Part shown: positions 1 to 11,543 of the stretch, one piece after another | Layout: every line of letters starts with the position of its first letter | How positions within the stretch are numbered: position 1 is the first letter of the stretch | Assembly (NCBI GenBank): GCA_963733195.1 | Contig: CAVTCR010000019.1 | Span: 89,553-153,552, forward strand | DNA length: 64,000 bases | Source: an uncultured delta proteobacterium | GTDB taxonomy: Bacteria; Desulfobacterota; Binatia; Bin18 | Reading direction: 5' to 3' | Made by a program: the position numbers and the translations under genes | The notes under the pieces: model-generated | What the model saw: only the letters and a program-made list of their open reading frames with translations | What the model was told of the DNA's origin: nothing | Databases searched by the model: none

Positions 1-876
1 AGGCTCCCAGTTATTCAACATGCGGCGTGCCAGGGTGATGTCAGGTTGTCTGACTTTTGGATCGTCAACCGGCAACGGCTTAAACACAATCGTGCTCTTG
101 CTGTCGGTCAACTGAATAATCAACTTGGCAAAGTTAAGCACCGACATTTCTTGTGGATTCCCAATATTCACTGGCCCGTCATAATCCGAACGGAGCAAAC
201 GCACGATCCCTTCGACTAAATCGTTGACATAGCAGAAGCTCCGCGTTTGCCCACCATCTCCGTATACCGTTACGTCTTCTCCACGAAGCGCCTGAGCGAT
301 AAAGTTCGGGACTACGCGACCATCGCGGAGTCGCATGCGCGGTCCGAATGTATTAAAAATTCGCACGATGCGGGTTTCCACCTTATGCGTCCGGTGGTAG
401 GCCATCGTCATAGCCTCAGCAAAGCGCTTCGCTTCATCGTATACGCCACGCGGACCGATCGGATTTACATTCCCCCAATAATCCTCTCTCTGTGGATGAA
501 CCAATGGGTCACCATAAACCTCGGAGGTTGACGCGAGGAGAAAGCGCGCATTCTTCTCTTTGGCAAGGCCAAGGGCTTTGTGGGTCCCGAGCGACCCCAC
601 TTTTAGGGTTTGAATTGGCAATTCGAGGTAGTCAACCGGGCTCGCAGGTGAGGCAAAATGCAATATCGCATCGACTGGTCCCTTGACGTAAATATAGGTC
701 GTCACATCCTGAGGAATGAAGGAGAAGCGTTTATTGGGAAACAAATGCGCGATGTTATCGGCATTGCCAGTGATCAGGTTATCGACACAAATGACCTCAT
801 CCCCTTCATTGAGAAACCGCTCGCATAGATGGGAGCCAATAAATCCAGCCCCCCCAGTAATCAACACACGCGCCAT
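1..876 (-). CDS. UDP-glucuronate decarboxylase-like NAD-dependent epimerase/dehydratase (3' end beyond window edge)
   Basis: Manual translation from ATG at 876: [19 protein letters not shown]..., [42 protein letters not shown]. Absent from the ORF track because it runs off the edge. Confidence 0.9.
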   Translation of the reverse strand, partial: MARVLITGGAGFIGSHLCERFLNEGDEVICVDNLITGNADNIAHLFPNKRFSFIPQDVTTYIYVKGPVDAILHFASPASPVDYLELPIQTLKVGSLGTHKALGLAKEKNARFLLASTSEVYGDPLVHPQREDYWGNVNPIGPRGVYDEAKRFAEAMTMAYHRTHKVETRIVRIFNTFGPRMRLRDGRVVPNFIAQALRGEDVTVYGDGGQTRSFCYVNDLVEGIVRLLRSDYDGPVNIGNPQEMSVLNFAKLIIQLTDSKSTIVFKPLPVDDPKVRQPDITLARRMLNNWEP

Positions 877-920
877 ACAAAATATCCTTCTAATAAAGGA
901 GTCACGAACCGCTGGCTGCT

Positions 921-2234
921 TTACTGCGTCACCCCGGCTCGGCCAATAGGATAATACGTGAATCCTTCTTGTTTCATCACAGAGGGTTCATACAAATTAC
1001 GACCATCAAAAATAATCGGTGATTTCATAAGCTCACGGACTCGGGTAAAGTCGGGACGGCGGAATTCATTCCATTCGGTAACGATTAACAAGGCATCAGC
1101 CCCAGGAAGCGCATCGTAATTCCCACGATGGTACGAGACACGGTCACCAAACACCTCCTGTGCACGGGCGAGTGCTTCTGGATCGTGGACTGCAATTTCC
1201 GCTCCAGCTTTCAACAGCGCTTCAATAATTACGATCGATGGAGCCTCACGCATATCGTCAGTCCGAGGTTTGAAAGCAAGTCCCCAGATCGCAAATTTCC
1301 GCCCGCGCAAATCCTTGCCAAAGCGCGCGAAGACCTTGTTTACCAGCAGTTCTTTTTGCTTTTCGTTGATGATCTCAACTTCCTTCAATAACGAAAAGTC
1401 CATGTCATACTCTTCCGCCGTCCGGATCACCGCACGCACGTCCTTAGGAAAGCACGAGCCACCGTAGCCTACCCCAGGGAACAAGAAATAATGGCCAATA
1501 CGACGGTCAAATCCGATGCCTCGTCGTACATCGGACACATCAGCACCAGCTTTCTCGCACAAGTTCGCCACTTGGTTGATAAACGAAATACGCGTCGCCA
1601 AAAATGCGTTCGCTGCATACTTCGTCATCTCGGCACTGCGATTGTCCATCACCAAGATGGGATTCTCCGTTCGCACAAACGGACCGTAGAGTTCCTTCAT
1701 CAGTGACAATGCACGCTCGCTATTACTCCCAAGCACGACCCGGTCGGGCTTCATAAAGTCTTCTACGGCAGCGCCTTCTTTGAGGAATTCTGGATTGGAG
1801 ACGACATCGAAAGGATGCGTGGTGTGAGCAGACATGGTTTCACGTACCTTGTCTGCTGTACCTACTGGCACTGTACTCTTGAGCACAACGATGCGGTAGC
1901 CAGGCATCGCTTTGGCAATATCCGCCGTTGCCTTGAGCACCATGCCCAGATCTGCCGAGCCATCGTCATCCTGGGGGGTACCCACCGCGATGAAGCAAAC
2001 GAGAGCATCTTTTACTGCCGCAGCCAGATCAGTGGTGAAGCGTAAGCGGCCATCAGTCACATTCCGCCGAATGAGTTCTTCTAATCCTGGCTCATAGATC
2101 GGAATCTTCCCATTGCGTAAGTCAGCGATCTTGCCCGCATCGATATCCACACACATGACATCATTACCGCCTTCGGCAAAACACGTTCCGGAAACGAGCC
2201 CAACGTATCCGGTTCCAACAACACACAGTTTCAT
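921..2234 (-). CDS. ugd: UDP-glucose 6-dehydrogenase
   Basis: [14 protein letters not shown] Rossmann motif, [19 protein letters not shown] catalytic Cys motif. Confidence 0.95.
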   Translation of the reverse strand: MKLCVVGTGYVGLVSGTCFAEGGNDVMCVDIDAGKIADLRNGKIPIYEPGLEELIRRNVTDGRLRFTTDLAAAVKDALVCFIAVGTPQDDDGSADLGMVLKATADIAKAMPGYRIVVLKSTVPVGTADKVRETMSAHTTHPFDVVSNPEFLKEGAAVEDFMKPDRVVLGSNSERALSLMKELYGPFVRTENPILVMDNRSAEMTKYAANAFLATRISFINQVANLCEKAGADVSDVRRGIGFDRRIGHYFLFPGVGYGGSCFPKDVRAVIRTAEEYDMDFSLLKEVEIINEKQKELLVNKVFARFGKDLRGRKFAIWGLAFKPRTDDMREAPSIVIIEALLKAGAEIAVHDPEALARAQEVFGDRVSYHRGNYDALPGADALLIVTEWNEFRRPDFTRVRELMKSPIIFDGRNLYEPSVMKQEGFTYYPIGRAGVTQ

Positions 2235-2353
2235 GCCCTCTCCTATCAACTGGAGATAGTTTTACTTACCAACATCTCACGCTTTTGGTTGAGGAAAATT
2301 GTCACTATTGTAGCACGTCTCGACGCAGGATGGCGTAGCGACATTCGTGCCTT

Positions 2354-3292
2354 TTACTCTAGCACTTCTTTAATGAGGTAGACAGGCTTTTGCTGGCTTT
2401 CATGATAGGTACGTGCGAGCATCTCGCCTAACAGTCCGGTCGAGACAAATTGTACTCCCACAATCACCAATAAAATCCCGAGCCACAATAATGGCCGACC
2501 AGCCAGTTCCATTCCAAAGAAAATACGCTCAATGCCTAAGAATGTGGTAATTCCCCCCCCCAATAATAAGGCCAGAAGGCCGACAAAACCAAATAGATGG
2601 CTTGGGCGAGTGGCGTAACTAGAAAGAAACTTCACCGTCAACAAATCGACAATTACCCACAGGGTACGAGCTAAGCCGTATTTGGAGATGCCCCGCTGGC
2701 GCGCGTGATGCGTCACCGGCAGCTCGGTGATCTTTGCGCCGAGGTCTCCAACCAGGGCAGGAATAAAGCGATGCATTTCACCATACAACTTTAGCTCCTT
2801 AGCTACATCACGGCGGAAGACTTTGAGCGTACATCCATAGTCATGAATTTTCACTCGTGTCGTCCACCCAATAATCCGATTGGCAATTTGCGAGGGAAGC
2901 CGACGCTGCAGGAAAGGGTCTTGGCGATTGAGCCGCCAACCGTTGACTAAATCGTAACCTTCATTGAGCTTGGCAATCAAACGAGGGATATCCGCTGGGT
3001 CGTTTTGTAAGTCTCCATCAAGCGAGACGATAATCTCGCCATGAGCATGATCAAACCCCGCAGCCAAAGCGGCAGTCTGACCAAAGTTCCGGCGAAAGCG
3101 GATCACTTTAATCCGTGCATCTTGCGCGTGAAGACTTGTGAGAATCTCCGCACTGTTATCGATACTCCCATCATCGACCAAGATCAGCTCATAAGTCCAC
3201 CCTGTTGGATCGAGAACTGTCTGAATCCGCTCACATAGCGGAACAAGGTTCTCGGCTTCGTTATATACTGGAACGACAAGGGACAAATACAT
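2354..3292 (-). CDS. Glycosyltransferase family 2 (DPM1/ArnC-like polyprenol-phosphate glycosyltransferase)
   Basis: VVPVYNE, DDGSID, RNFGQTAAL, DGDLQNDP and two C-terminal TM helices. Confidence 0.9.
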   Translation of the reverse strand: MYLSLVVPVYNEAENLVPLCERIQTVLDPTGWTYELILVDDGSIDNSAEILTSLHAQDARIKVIRFRRNFGQTAALAAGFDHAHGEIIVSLDGDLQNDPADIPRLIAKLNEGYDLVNGWRLNRQDPFLQRRLPSQIANRIIGWTTRVKIHDYGCTLKVFRRDVAKELKLYGEMHRFIPALVGDLGAKITELPVTHHARQRGISKYGLARTLWVIVDLLTVKFLSSYATRPSHLFGFVGLLALLLGGGITTFLGIERIFFGMELAGRPLLWLGILLVIVGVQFVSTGLLGEMLARTYHESQQKPVYLIKEVLE

Positions 3293-3410
3293 AGGGATTG
3301 GGAATTAGGAATTAGGAGTTGGGGATTCAGGGACCATTTCTCATTTCTGAATTGTTATCTAAAGGGTTAAAGCTTTTTCTTACCAAATCCTAAATCCCTG
3401 TTCCAACCCC
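3293..3410. repeat. Degenerate heptamer (STRR-like) intergenic repeat with inverted halves
   Basis: gggattg ggaatta ggaatta ggagttg ... ccaaatcctaaatccctgttccaacccc. Confidence 0.6.
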
Positions 3411-4315
3411 TAGAACTCAGTGAGACTCACAAACTGTCTGTATCTGCGCTCAATATCATCACGGGTGAGGGTGCGGAGGCGATTGAGGCTAAAGTCTTCC
3501 ACCACGAATGACGCGACAACGCTACCATAAACGATCCCTTTGCGAACATTGGTTTCTGAGAGATCACCCGACGCCGCTAGATACCCCATCATTCCACCGG
3601 CGAACGAGTCACCCGCTCCAGTGGGATCGAATACTTCTTCGAGTGGATATGCTGGTACGGCGAAGACTGAGTTGGGAGAGAATGAGAGGACACCATACTC
3701 TCCGCGCTTTACGAGGAGCGTCTTCGGTCCCATACCCAGGATTTTACGCGCGGAACGGACGACATTGGCCTCACCACTCAACATGCGTGCTTCCTCATCG
3801 TTGATCACCAACATCTCTACACGTTTGAGGAGGGCTTCGAGTTCTTTCCGTGCGCCTTGAATCCAGTGGGTAATCGTATCGCAGGCAATCAGCCGTGGTG
3901 TCGTCGTGAGCTGATCAAGCACACCATCTTGCAGACCAGGATTAATGTTGGCGAGAAACACAAACGGAGAATTTCGATAGCCTTGGGGCAGCACAGGAGA
4001 AAACGTCGAGAAGACATTCAGTTGCAGGTCCAAGGTGTCGCGTATGTTCATGTCTTCATGGTACCGACCTGTCCAACGGAAGGTTTTCCCTTTACTCACA
4101 GAGAGTCCTTCGAGATCAATATTCCGCGAAGCTAAGAAGTCTTTTTCTTTTGCAGGAAAGTCTTCGCCAATGACAGCTACCAGTTTGACTGGGGCAAAGT
4201 AGCTCGCCGCAACCGCGAAGTATGACGCCGATCCTCCCAACACTTCGTCAGCTCGACCGTGATGCGGAGTCTCGATCGTATCAAAGGCTACCGACCCAAC
4301 GACCAAAATACTCAT
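3410..4315 (-). CDS. PfkB-family carbohydrate/nucleoside kinase
   Basis: N-terminal VVGSVAFD...LGGSASY and C-terminal DPTGAGDSFAGG signature. Confidence 0.9.
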   Translation of the reverse strand: MSILVVGSVAFDTIETPHHGRADEVLGGSASYFAVAASYFAPVKLVAVIGEDFPAKEKDFLASRNIDLEGLSVSKGKTFRWTGRYHEDMNIRDTLDLQLNVFSTFSPVLPQGYRNSPFVFLANINPGLQDGVLDQLTTTPRLIACDTITHWIQGARKELEALLKRVEMLVINDEEARMLSGEANVVRSARKILGMGPKTLLVKRGEYGVLSFSPNSVFAVPAYPLEEVFDPTGAGDSFAGGMMGYLAASGDLSETNVRKGIVYGSVVASFVVEDFSLNRLRTLTRDDIERRYRQFVSLTEF

Positions 4316-4330
4316 GCTATTCTTCCTTTA

Positions 4331-5191
4331 CTACTCGCCAAGATATTTGCCAACGAAAATCGCCAGCTCCTGCTTCACTGATTGTGGGATCATCGCGCGA
4401 TCGGTGATGATTGCGTCCTTCAAGGCATGGCCACAAGGACACGCACGTGCTGCCGGCAATTGCGGGATTACCTGAGCGATGATGTGCTGTGCAGTGGTAA
4501 CGTTTTGGTTGAGGATTACCAGGATCTCTTCAATCACCACGTCTCCAGCTTCAGTATTCCAGCAATCGTAGTCAGTCGCCAAAGCTAATGTCGCGAAACA
4601 GATTTCTGCCTCTCGTGCCAGTTTAGCTTCTTGGAGGTTCGTCATACCAATAACATCGGCCCCCCAGCTACGGTACAGAAACGATTCGGCGCGAGTTGAA
4701 AACTGCGGCCCTTCCATGCAGACATATGTCCCACCGATATGCACTGTTGCACTGACACTGCGGGCCACACTGCCAAGGAGTTGGAGCAGATCACTACACA
4801 CCGGGTCAGCGAAGGCAACATGCGCGACAATACCACGCCCAAAGAACGTACTGATGCGTCCGCGGGTGCGATCGATAAATTGGTCAGGCAAAACCAGGTG
4901 GCCTGGTGCGATCTCTTTCTTCAAGCTGCCGACCGCGCTCACGGCAATGAGCCGCTCGACCCCGAGTTGCTTCATGCCATAAATGTTGGCACGAAAGTTT
5001 AACTCAGAGGGAAGGAGGCGATGCCCTCGACCATGTCGAGGAAGAAACACGACCTTCACACCACTCATCTCACCAACAAAATAGTCATCCGAGGGATCAC
5101 CAAAAGGCGTGGTGACTTTCACCCATTCACCACGTTCGATACCGCTCATCTGGTAGAGCCCACTGCCACCGATCACACCAAGAGTTATCAT
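4331..5191 (-). CDS. mtnP: S-methyl-5'-thioadenosine phosphorylase
   Basis: GVIGGSGLY, RHGRGH, MEGPQFSTRAES, GMTNLQEAKLAREAE, TDYDCW. Confidence 0.93.
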   Translation of the reverse strand: MITLGVIGGSGLYQMSGIERGEWVKVTTPFGDPSDDYFVGEMSGVKVVFLPRHGRGHRLLPSELNFRANIYGMKQLGVERLIAVSAVGSLKKEIAPGHLVLPDQFIDRTRGRISTFFGRGIVAHVAFADPVCSDLLQLLGSVARSVSATVHIGGTYVCMEGPQFSTRAESFLYRSWGADVIGMTNLQEAKLAREAEICFATLALATDYDCWNTEAGDVVIEEILVILNQNVTTAQHIIAQVIPQLPAARACPCGHALKDAIITDRAMIPQSVKQELAIFVGKYLGE

Positions 5192-5201
5192 CTCTTCTCT
5201 C

Positions 5202-6315
5202 TTATCTGGATACAGAGAAAGGAGACAGAGAGCCCGCTCCTTCCCTCTCTGTCTCTATCTCTAATCTCTGTCTGGTCTGGGGCTGCGGACTCGGAGGGGA
5301 GAATTGTGCCGCCAGTTGTCCACACGCCGCCTGCGCGTCTTGTCCACGGCTTTCGCGGATCGTCGCATGGATACCTTTATCGAGAAGAATCTGGCGAAAA
5401 TGATCAATCTGTGGTCGCGGCGTGGGCAGAAACTGCGCACCGGGAAATGGATTAAACGGAATAAGATTCACTTTCGCACGCATCCCATGCAGCAATCGTG
5501 TCAACCGTCGCGCGTCATCACCACTGTCGTTCACGCCTTTGAGCATCGTATAGGCAAAGGTCACACGCTTGCGGGGAGACATCGGTAAAGTACGGCACGT
5601 CGCTAAAAGCTGCTCAAGCGGAAATCGCCGATTCACCGGCATCAACGTATTGCGCAGTTCGTTGGTCGTCGCAGTGAGTGACACGGTAAGATTCACATTG
5701 GTCTCTGATAACAGACGGTGCATCTGTGGCACTAAGCCAACGGTTGATACCGTCACGCGACGTGGCGAAAAATTGAACCCCCAGTCGGCAGTGATAATCC
5801 CCAGTGCCTTCACCACATGATCGTAATTCGCTAACGCCTCCCCCATACCCATGAAGACGAGATTCGTCAGCTTTTGTTCAGCGTGCAACGTTTGCTGGAC
5901 TTCCCATATTTGACTCACAATCTCCGCTTCCGTTAGATCACGCACTGGTCGTACTTGTGCAGTCGCGCAGAAACGGCAGCCCATCGCGCATCCTACCTGT
6001 GAGGAAATACACAAGGTGAGACGATCTTCTGCAGGAATGAGGACAGTTTCGATCTGGCGATTATCAGCCAGCGCGAAGAGGAACTTTCGTGTGCTATCAT
6101 TGGCCTGGCGTCATTCGCACGCATGTGAGTCGATCCACAGAGAACGCTTGCGCTAACAGTGCCCGCAGAGACAGCGACAAATCGCTCATCTCGTCAAACG
6201 TAGTAGCACCACGCTGGTACAGCCACTTGAGTATTTGCCCAGCGCGATACGGCTTCTCGCCGTGCTCCACAAGCCAGGTTTCGAGATCGGTCTTAGTGAG
6301 GCTTTTGATATCCAT
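5202..6315 (-). CDS. rlmN: 23S rRNA m2A2503 radical-SAM methyltransferase RlmN (one frameshift near 6100, probably an assembly indel)
   Basis: ORF 6097-6321 (GEKPYRAGQILKWLY) joins ORF 5202-6014 with CAMGCRFC, FMGMGE and AACGQL. Confidence 0.9.
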
Positions 6316-6377
6316 ATGCACGTAAGGCGTAATATGTAAAACGTAACTGAGAGGCTGGGTGGTTACTCGTTCACGCT

Positions 6378-6800
6378 TTACGATTTTGCGATTTCCATCT
6401 CACTAAAGAAATAGCCGATTTCCCACTTTGCAGTGTCTGGACCATCAGAGCCATGCACAGCATTTTTCTCTACATCAGTGGCCCAATCTTTACGGATTGT
6501 CCCGGCATCGGCTTTAGCTGGGTCGGTCGCACCCATCAGTCGGCGGTTAGTCTGGATCGCATCTTCACCTTCAAGTACCGAAATGAGCACCGGACCGGAA
6601 GACATAAAGTCGGTCAGGCTGTTGAAGAAAGGGCGTTCTCTATGCACGGCATAGAACCCTTGGGCTTGGGCTTTACTGAGGGTCGTCATCCACGCTGCGA
6701 CGATTTTCAATCCTGCATTTTCAAAGCGGCGGAGAATGTCGCCAATAGCATTCTTTTTCACCGCATCTGGCTTCACAATTGACAGTGTACGTTCCTTCAT
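6378..6800 (-). CDS. ndk: Nucleoside diphosphate kinase
   Basis: [14 protein letters not shown] ... NAVHGSD active-site His. Confidence 0.96.
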   Translation of the reverse strand: MKERTLSIVKPDAVKKNAIGDILRRFENAGLKIVAAWMTTLSKAQAQGFYAVHRERPFFNSLTDFMSSGPVLISVLEGEDAIQTNRRLMGATDPAKADAGTIRKDWATDVEKNAVHGSDGPDTAKWEIGYFFSEMEIAKS

Positions 6801-6827
6801 GACTTTCCTCTTTCTAACGGTCGCAAC

Positions 6828-6856
6828 AATGTATCGGTGCCCTGAGAAGGGGTCAA
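6828..6856 (-). promoter_or_regulatory. Putative sigma70 promoter of ndk
   Basis: Minus strand TTGACC-N17-TACATT about 28 nt upstream of the ndk ATG. Confidence 0.5.
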
Positions 6857-6875
6857 CGAGGTTACAGGTCACCGT

Positions 6876-7781
6876 CTAGCTGTTCTGCCGCGCTCGTAGA
6901 ATCCCCACCAAAACCAGTGCTCCACCCAACGCTTGCCACGGTTCCAATACCTCACCCAAGAGAAGCCAGGCAAAGATAGTCGCCATCACAGGTTGTAACA
7001 GCAACCCAACCGATGAGAAGGCCGCTGGTAAATGGGCTAACGCATAGGCAATCAGACTCTGGCCGCTCACTTGTGAAATCAACGCTAACCCGAGCAGAAC
7101 ACTCCAGCCTCTGCCGGTCGTCGGCACGATCTCCTCGTCCGAAAGCAACGCGATAGGAAAGAGCGCGAGCGCAGTCACAGTTCCTCCCCACGCCATGATG
7201 GTGGCAACAGGCAATTCTTCCCGTAATTGTTTGACGGTAAGAATATAGCCCGCATAGAACACCGCTGTGATCAATCCTAATGCATCACCCCACAAATGGC
7301 GAAGACTCATCTGCAAGCTGGAGCCAACCATCAGGCTGGTGCCAATGAGCGCCAAGACCATCGCCATAAGGAAAGAGCGATTCACCCGCTGACCGAACAC
7401 CAACCAGGCTCCGAGTGCAACAAAGATCGGGGCAAAGTTCGCCAATAGTGTCGAGTTAGCAACCGAGGTAAAAAGAATAGACCAATGCCAGACCGACAAA
7501 TCGCCAGCGAAGAAGAGACCAGCAAGAGCGAGCTGACCATACGGTATATTACTGACAACTTTTTGTGAGTTACTATGATTTCGCTGCTCGTATACCGCCC
7601 ATAAGCAAAAGGCGGGAAGTGCAAGCATTAGCCGCCAAAATGCCGTTGCCACGGGTCCGACCTCACTGAGGCGGACAAAAATCGGCGCAAAGGCAATCGC
7701 TGTCGCTCCGGCAAACAGAGCAACGAGCGACGTTGTGCTGCCTTCAGTGATCGAGGAAAAGCTGACAGCTTGAGACTTCAT
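6876..7781 (-). CDS. DMT/EamA family transporter
   Basis: About 10 hydrophobic segments in two EamA-like repeats. Confidence 0.85.
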   Translation of the reverse strand: MKSQAVSFSSITEGSTTSLVALFAGATAIAFAPIFVRLSEVGPVATAFWRLMLALPAFCLWAVYEQRNHSNSQKVVSNIPYGQLALAGLFFAGDLSVWHWSILFTSVANSTLLANFAPIFVALGAWLVFGQRVNRSFLMAMVLALIGTSLMVGSSLQMSLRHLWGDALGLITAVFYAGYILTVKQLREELPVATIMAWGGTVTALALFPIALLSDEEIVPTTGRGWSVLLGLALISQVSGQSLIAYALAHLPAAFSSVGLLLQPVMATIFAWLLLGEVLEPWQALGGALVLVGILRARQNS

Positions 7782-8064
7782 ATTGTAGGCATTTTCGGTA
7801 ACGACTATTCCTCAATGCATGATTTTCGACAACTCCCTACCTGGCCTAACAGGAGTGAAGTTGCGCTTGCCCTGGCAACAGCAAAGGTGGTACAGGGTGA
7901 GGAGTTTTTGTGATCAAGTTGCGAGGCTGCGTGGTCGTGATGGGCTGCGTGACTGCACGGCAATTACACCGGGCATTCGGCAGCCCGTATAGCGTTGGCC
8001 TTCTTATCGATGAAACTATACGCAGTCATTGCGAAATATGCATAATATACATACTATTGATACG

Positions 8065-8336
8065 GTGGAGAGCAACTTTGATCCCACGAAGACCGCCATT
8101 AACTTGCGTAAACGCGGCGTGTCGCTCGCGGAGGGTGACGGTGTCCTGAACGATCCTTTAGCACTCACGATTGAGGATGACTCTGCACGGGGCGAGCAGC
8201 GGTTTGTCTCTATCGGCATGAACACTTTCGGTCGGGTGATGGTCGTCGTCTACACATATAGGGCGAGAACACCCGTTTGATCTCGGTGCGACACGCGGAA
8301 CCCAAAGAGAGACGATCCTATGAAAAAGGAGTATGA
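8065..8336 (+). CDS. BrnT-family ribonuclease toxin (frameshift near 8262)
   Basis: FDPTKTAINLRKRGVSL...GEQRFVSIG...VVVYTYR then shifted frame RLISVRHAEPKERRSYE. Confidence 0.8.
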
Positions 8337-8569
8337 CTTTTCTAAAGCAAGCGGGAGCTGTACAGCCCACGACGGGTAAAACTCGCATCACCCTCTATCT
8401 TGACAACGACGTGCTGGAACATTTCGCACGGTGTCAGAGAAGACAGGGCGTGGATATCAAACACTCATCAACGAAGCGCTCAAGACCCAAGTTGGACGTA
8501 CGGAGCAGCCGTTGACGCCGGAGGTGGTGCGGCGCATCAGTGCGCGAAGAGTTGGCCTTGCAGAGCTAG
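8320..8569 (+). CDS. BrnA-family antitoxin (several frameshifts)
   Basis: MKKEYDFSKA / GKTRITLYLDNDVLEHF / GRGYQTLINEALK; overlaps the toxin stop codon. Confidence 0.8.
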
Positions 8570-8571
8570 AG

Positions 8572-8670
8572 GGCTCACGAGAGGCTCCACCGCATCACCG
8601 CCCACGAGCGGTTCCTGTTGAACCCGAACAGACACGACTGGGCGGCTCGCGGTGTGCGGGAGCGTTAACC
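8572..8670 (+). mobile_element. Degenerate integron attC site
   Basis: GGCTCAC...CCACCGCATCACCGCCC...TGGGCGGCTCGCGGTG...GTTAACC; arms nearly identical to the attC at 21431-21527; starts 3 nt after the BrnA stop. Confidence 0.7.
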
Positions 8671-8699
8671 AGCATCACAAAGCGATAGGTTATCAAACC

Positions 8700-9206
8700 A
8701 TGCCGAATCTATCCTATCTCTCTCCAAAGACGACGATCCGAGACAGTCCGATTCATGGCCGGGGCCTCTTTGCCGTAGCCCCAATTGCCAAAGATGAGAT
8801 TGTAGCGATCAAGGGCGGCTATATTTTTGACCGCCTCACGCGTGAGGGTATCGCCGCGTCGCTCGGCCCGGCAGAAATCTTTGTGGCCGACGGGTTCTTT
8901 ATTGGCCCATTGGTTGAACACGAGAGAGAGGGCGGAATGATCTTTAGCAATCATTCGTGTGACCCCAACATCGGAGTCCAAGGACAGATTGTGTTCGTGG
9001 CCATGAGAGACATTCAAGCCGGGGAAGAGCTGACGCATGATTGGGCCACGACGGACGATGACGACTATGAGGAGCCATGTCACTGTGGAGCGCCCAATTG
9101 CCGGAAGGTGATCACTGGTCAGGACTGGCGGAGGAAAGATTTACAGGAGAAGTATTGGGAGTATATGTCGTGGTACTTGCAGCGGAAGATCAAACAAGAA
9201 AATTAA
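8700..9206 (+). CDS. Bacterial SET-domain protein with post-SET Cys cluster
   Basis: SPIHGRGLFA, NHSCDPN, GEELTHDW, CHCGAPNCR. Confidence 0.9.
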   Translation: MPNLSYLSPKTTIRDSPIHGRGLFAVAPIAKDEIVAIKGGYIFDRLTREGIAASLGPAEIFVADGFFIGPLVEHEREGGMIFSNHSCDPNIGVQGQIVFVAMRDIQAGEELTHDWATTDDDDYEEPCHCGAPNCRKVITGQDWRRKDLQEKYWEYMSWYLQRKIKQEN

Positions 9207-9223
9207 CGTACGGTCGCTAAGGC

Positions 9224-9260
9224 TGTCCAACTAAGCCATTGCACGGGACCGTCGCCCGTG
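9224..9260 (+). mobile_element. Possible truncated attC left arm
   Basis: GTCCAAC-TAAGCCATTGCACGGGACCGTCGCC just after the SET stop resembles an attC R''/L'' start; no right arm found. Confidence 0.35.
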
Positions 9261-9331
9261 CCGCAGCATAGACTATGCATCTAACTGTAGGTGATACCAA
9301 TCTACTCACTCTAACACAGGCAACAATATCC

Positions 9332-10444
9332 TCACGGTAGATTCAGCGGTGGTGGCGGCGGTGTGAAGTGCAGGCCGCACTGACGATAAGCTTTTTTCAC
9401 CGTAGCCCAATCTGGGACAGGATCAACAAGCGCAAGACCGGCCAACGCGTGGCAAGCTTCGGCGTGGTAACCAAAACGTCGCGCGTCTGCCAAACTGCGG
9501 GTAAATTCACGTCGTGCACGTTGCGGCTTACTCTGCAGAAGGGCCAATTCCCCTACCCCTAAACGACAGTAAATTGTCCCGCGATGATCACGGGTCTCGC
9601 GAAAGAGTTTTTGGGCACGGGCAAACTCAGTGGCACTACGTTGGTAGTCACCGCGCATTTTGTGTACCGTTGCCATAGCCCAGACCGTATACGCAAAGCT
9701 GGCCTTATCACCAATACGGGCATACAGCTTCTCAGCTTTCGCGAACAACCGCATCGCTTCACCGTATTCGTGATGCATCCGTGCCGCATTGCCTAAGCCA
9801 CAGTATGAATAGGCCCGGCCATACACGTCACCGATTTTCTCAAAGAGTGAGTTTGCCTCTTGGTAGTAACGTCTCGTGTCAGCGAACTTGCCCATGAGGC
9901 GAGAGGCACCAGCCAAGCCACACAACGCATATCCGGTTCCCGGCTGGTCTTCTTGCTTTTTGGCTAACGCTAAAGCTTTACGGAAATGTGCTACGGCTTT
10001 ACGCAAGTCACCACAGAAGCGATACGTGCTCCCTATCGCCCATAGCACGAACCCCTCGCCTTCTTTGGCACGAGCCGCATGGTACAACTGTTGCGCTTCC
10101 GCAAGATACGGAGAGGGCGCGTTCAGGATTGCCTTGCGCACGGAGACTGAGCCCTACTCCCGACAGACTTTCTGCTAGTCCTTCACGATCGTCGAGTGAC
10201 ACAGAAAGCGAGACCGCGCGCGTATAGGCACGTTGCGCTGTAGTAAACTGGCCCATCATACGAAGGCAGTCGCCCGTGCCAATCACCGCATCTCGTTCTC
10301 CTTCGGTGTCTTTTGTCGCTTTGTATGCAGCTTGGGCTTGACGATAGAAGGTCAGAGCTTCAGCGAAGCGACTGTGGGCGCGCGCATTCTCTCCTTGACG
10401 AAAAAGCCGCTCAGGCTTTACCGATTGAGATTTGCTCTGGCCAT
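9332..10444 (-). CDS. Tetratricopeptide repeat protein (frameshifts near 10430 and 10140)
   Basis: Repeated TPR-like helices (GYALCGLAGASR, AYSYCGLGNAAR); ORFs 10008-10286 and 9332-10141 join. Confidence 0.75.
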
Positions 10445-10454
10445 GAAGAAAGAA

Positions 10455-10478
10455 GGGCGCAGCATGCTGCGCCCCTAC
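10455..10478. repeat. GTAG-type REP palindrome
   Basis: GGGCGCAGCATGCTGCGCCCCTAC; second copy at 34871-34893. Confidence 0.75.
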
Positions 10479-10506
10479 CGGCTACTGAATGCTGACTACT
10501 GACTAC

Positions 10507-11382
10507 TTATCTTCTTCCCAACGCTTTCGCCATCGTCACGCCCATCTCGGCTGGGCTTGGGATGGTATGCGCACCGGCTTCTTGTAGAGCTTGAATCTTC
10601 TCCGCTGCCGTACCTTTGCCACCGGCGATAATCGCACCGGCGTGTCCCATCCGTTTCCCTTTGGGAGCCGTCTGCCCACCGATAAACGCCGCGACTGGTT
10701 TCGTCACATTGGCTTTGATGAATGCTGCAGCATCTTCTTCAGCCGAGCCACCAATCTCACCAATCATGACAATACCTTCCGTTTGTGGGTCATCCTGAAA
10801 CATCCGTAGCACGTCAATAAAATTCGTGCCGTTTACTGGATCGCCACCGATGCCAACACATGACGATTGTCCAATGCCGAGCTGGGTAAGCTGGTGCACT
10901 GCCTCATAGGTAAGGGTACCACTACGAGATACCACACCAATCGAGCCCTGCTTGTGGATGTATCCCGGCATAATCCCGATTTTGCACTCACCAGGAGTGA
11001 TAACACCAGGACAATTCGGACCGATCAGGCGCGAGCTTTTCCCTTGCATGTAACGCTTTACGCGCACCATATCGAGAACAGGAATACCCTCGGTAATGCA
11101 AATAACAAGCGGAACTCCAGCATCGACGGCTTCCATGATTGCATCTGCAGCGAACGGTGGCGGAACATAGATCACAGAGGCGTTTGCGCCGGTCGCTTTC
11201 ACAGATTGCTCAACCGTGTCGAAAATAGGGATCCCTTCAAAGTCAGTCCCGCCACGACCAGGGGTCACACCGGCAACCATTTGTGTTCCGTACTCACGGC
11301 AGGCACGCGTGTGTAACTGGCCGGTCGCACCGGTAATGCCTTGGGTCACGACTTTCGTATTCTTGTTGACGAGAATGCTCAC
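10507..11382 (-). CDS. sucD: Succinyl-CoA ligase alpha subunit
   Basis: [22 protein letters not shown] phospho-His motif. Confidence 0.97.
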   Translation of the reverse strand: MSILVNKNTKVVTQGITGATGQLHTRACREYGTQMVAGVTPGRGGTDFEGIPIFDTVEQSVKATGANASVIYVPPPFAADAIMEAVDAGVPLVICITEGIPVLDMVRVKRYMQGKSSRLIGPNCPGVITPGECKIGIMPGYIHKQGSIGVVSRSGTLTYEAVHQLTQLGIGQSSCVGIGGDPVNGTNFIDVLRMFQDDPQTEGIVMIGEIGGSAEEDAAAFIKANVTKPVAAFIGGQTAPKGKRMGHAGAIIAGGKGTAAEKIQALQEAGAHTIPSPAEMGVTMAKALGRR

Positions 11383-11392
11383 AACGACTCCT

Positions 11393-11543
11393 CTAGGGGC
11401 TGGGGACTAGGGGCTGGGGGTTGGTTAAAAGAGAAAAAGCCGACTTCTTCATGCTCTGGTTTTTCGTCTCTAGTCTTTCTCTATTTTTGCCCTTTGCCTT
11501 TTGATTTTTGCCTTTCCCTAATCCCAACCCCAACACCCAGCCC
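11393..11543. repeat. Heptamer-type intergenic repeat with inverted halves
   Basis: taggggctggggactaggggctggggg ... tttgcctttgccttttgatttttgcc ... ccccaacacccagcccct. Confidence 0.6.

Noticed and set aside
7844-8000. attC upstream of BrnT (GCCTAAC ... GTTGGCC)
   Set aside because: No convincing internal stem, and no similarity to the attC family seen elsewhere in the window.
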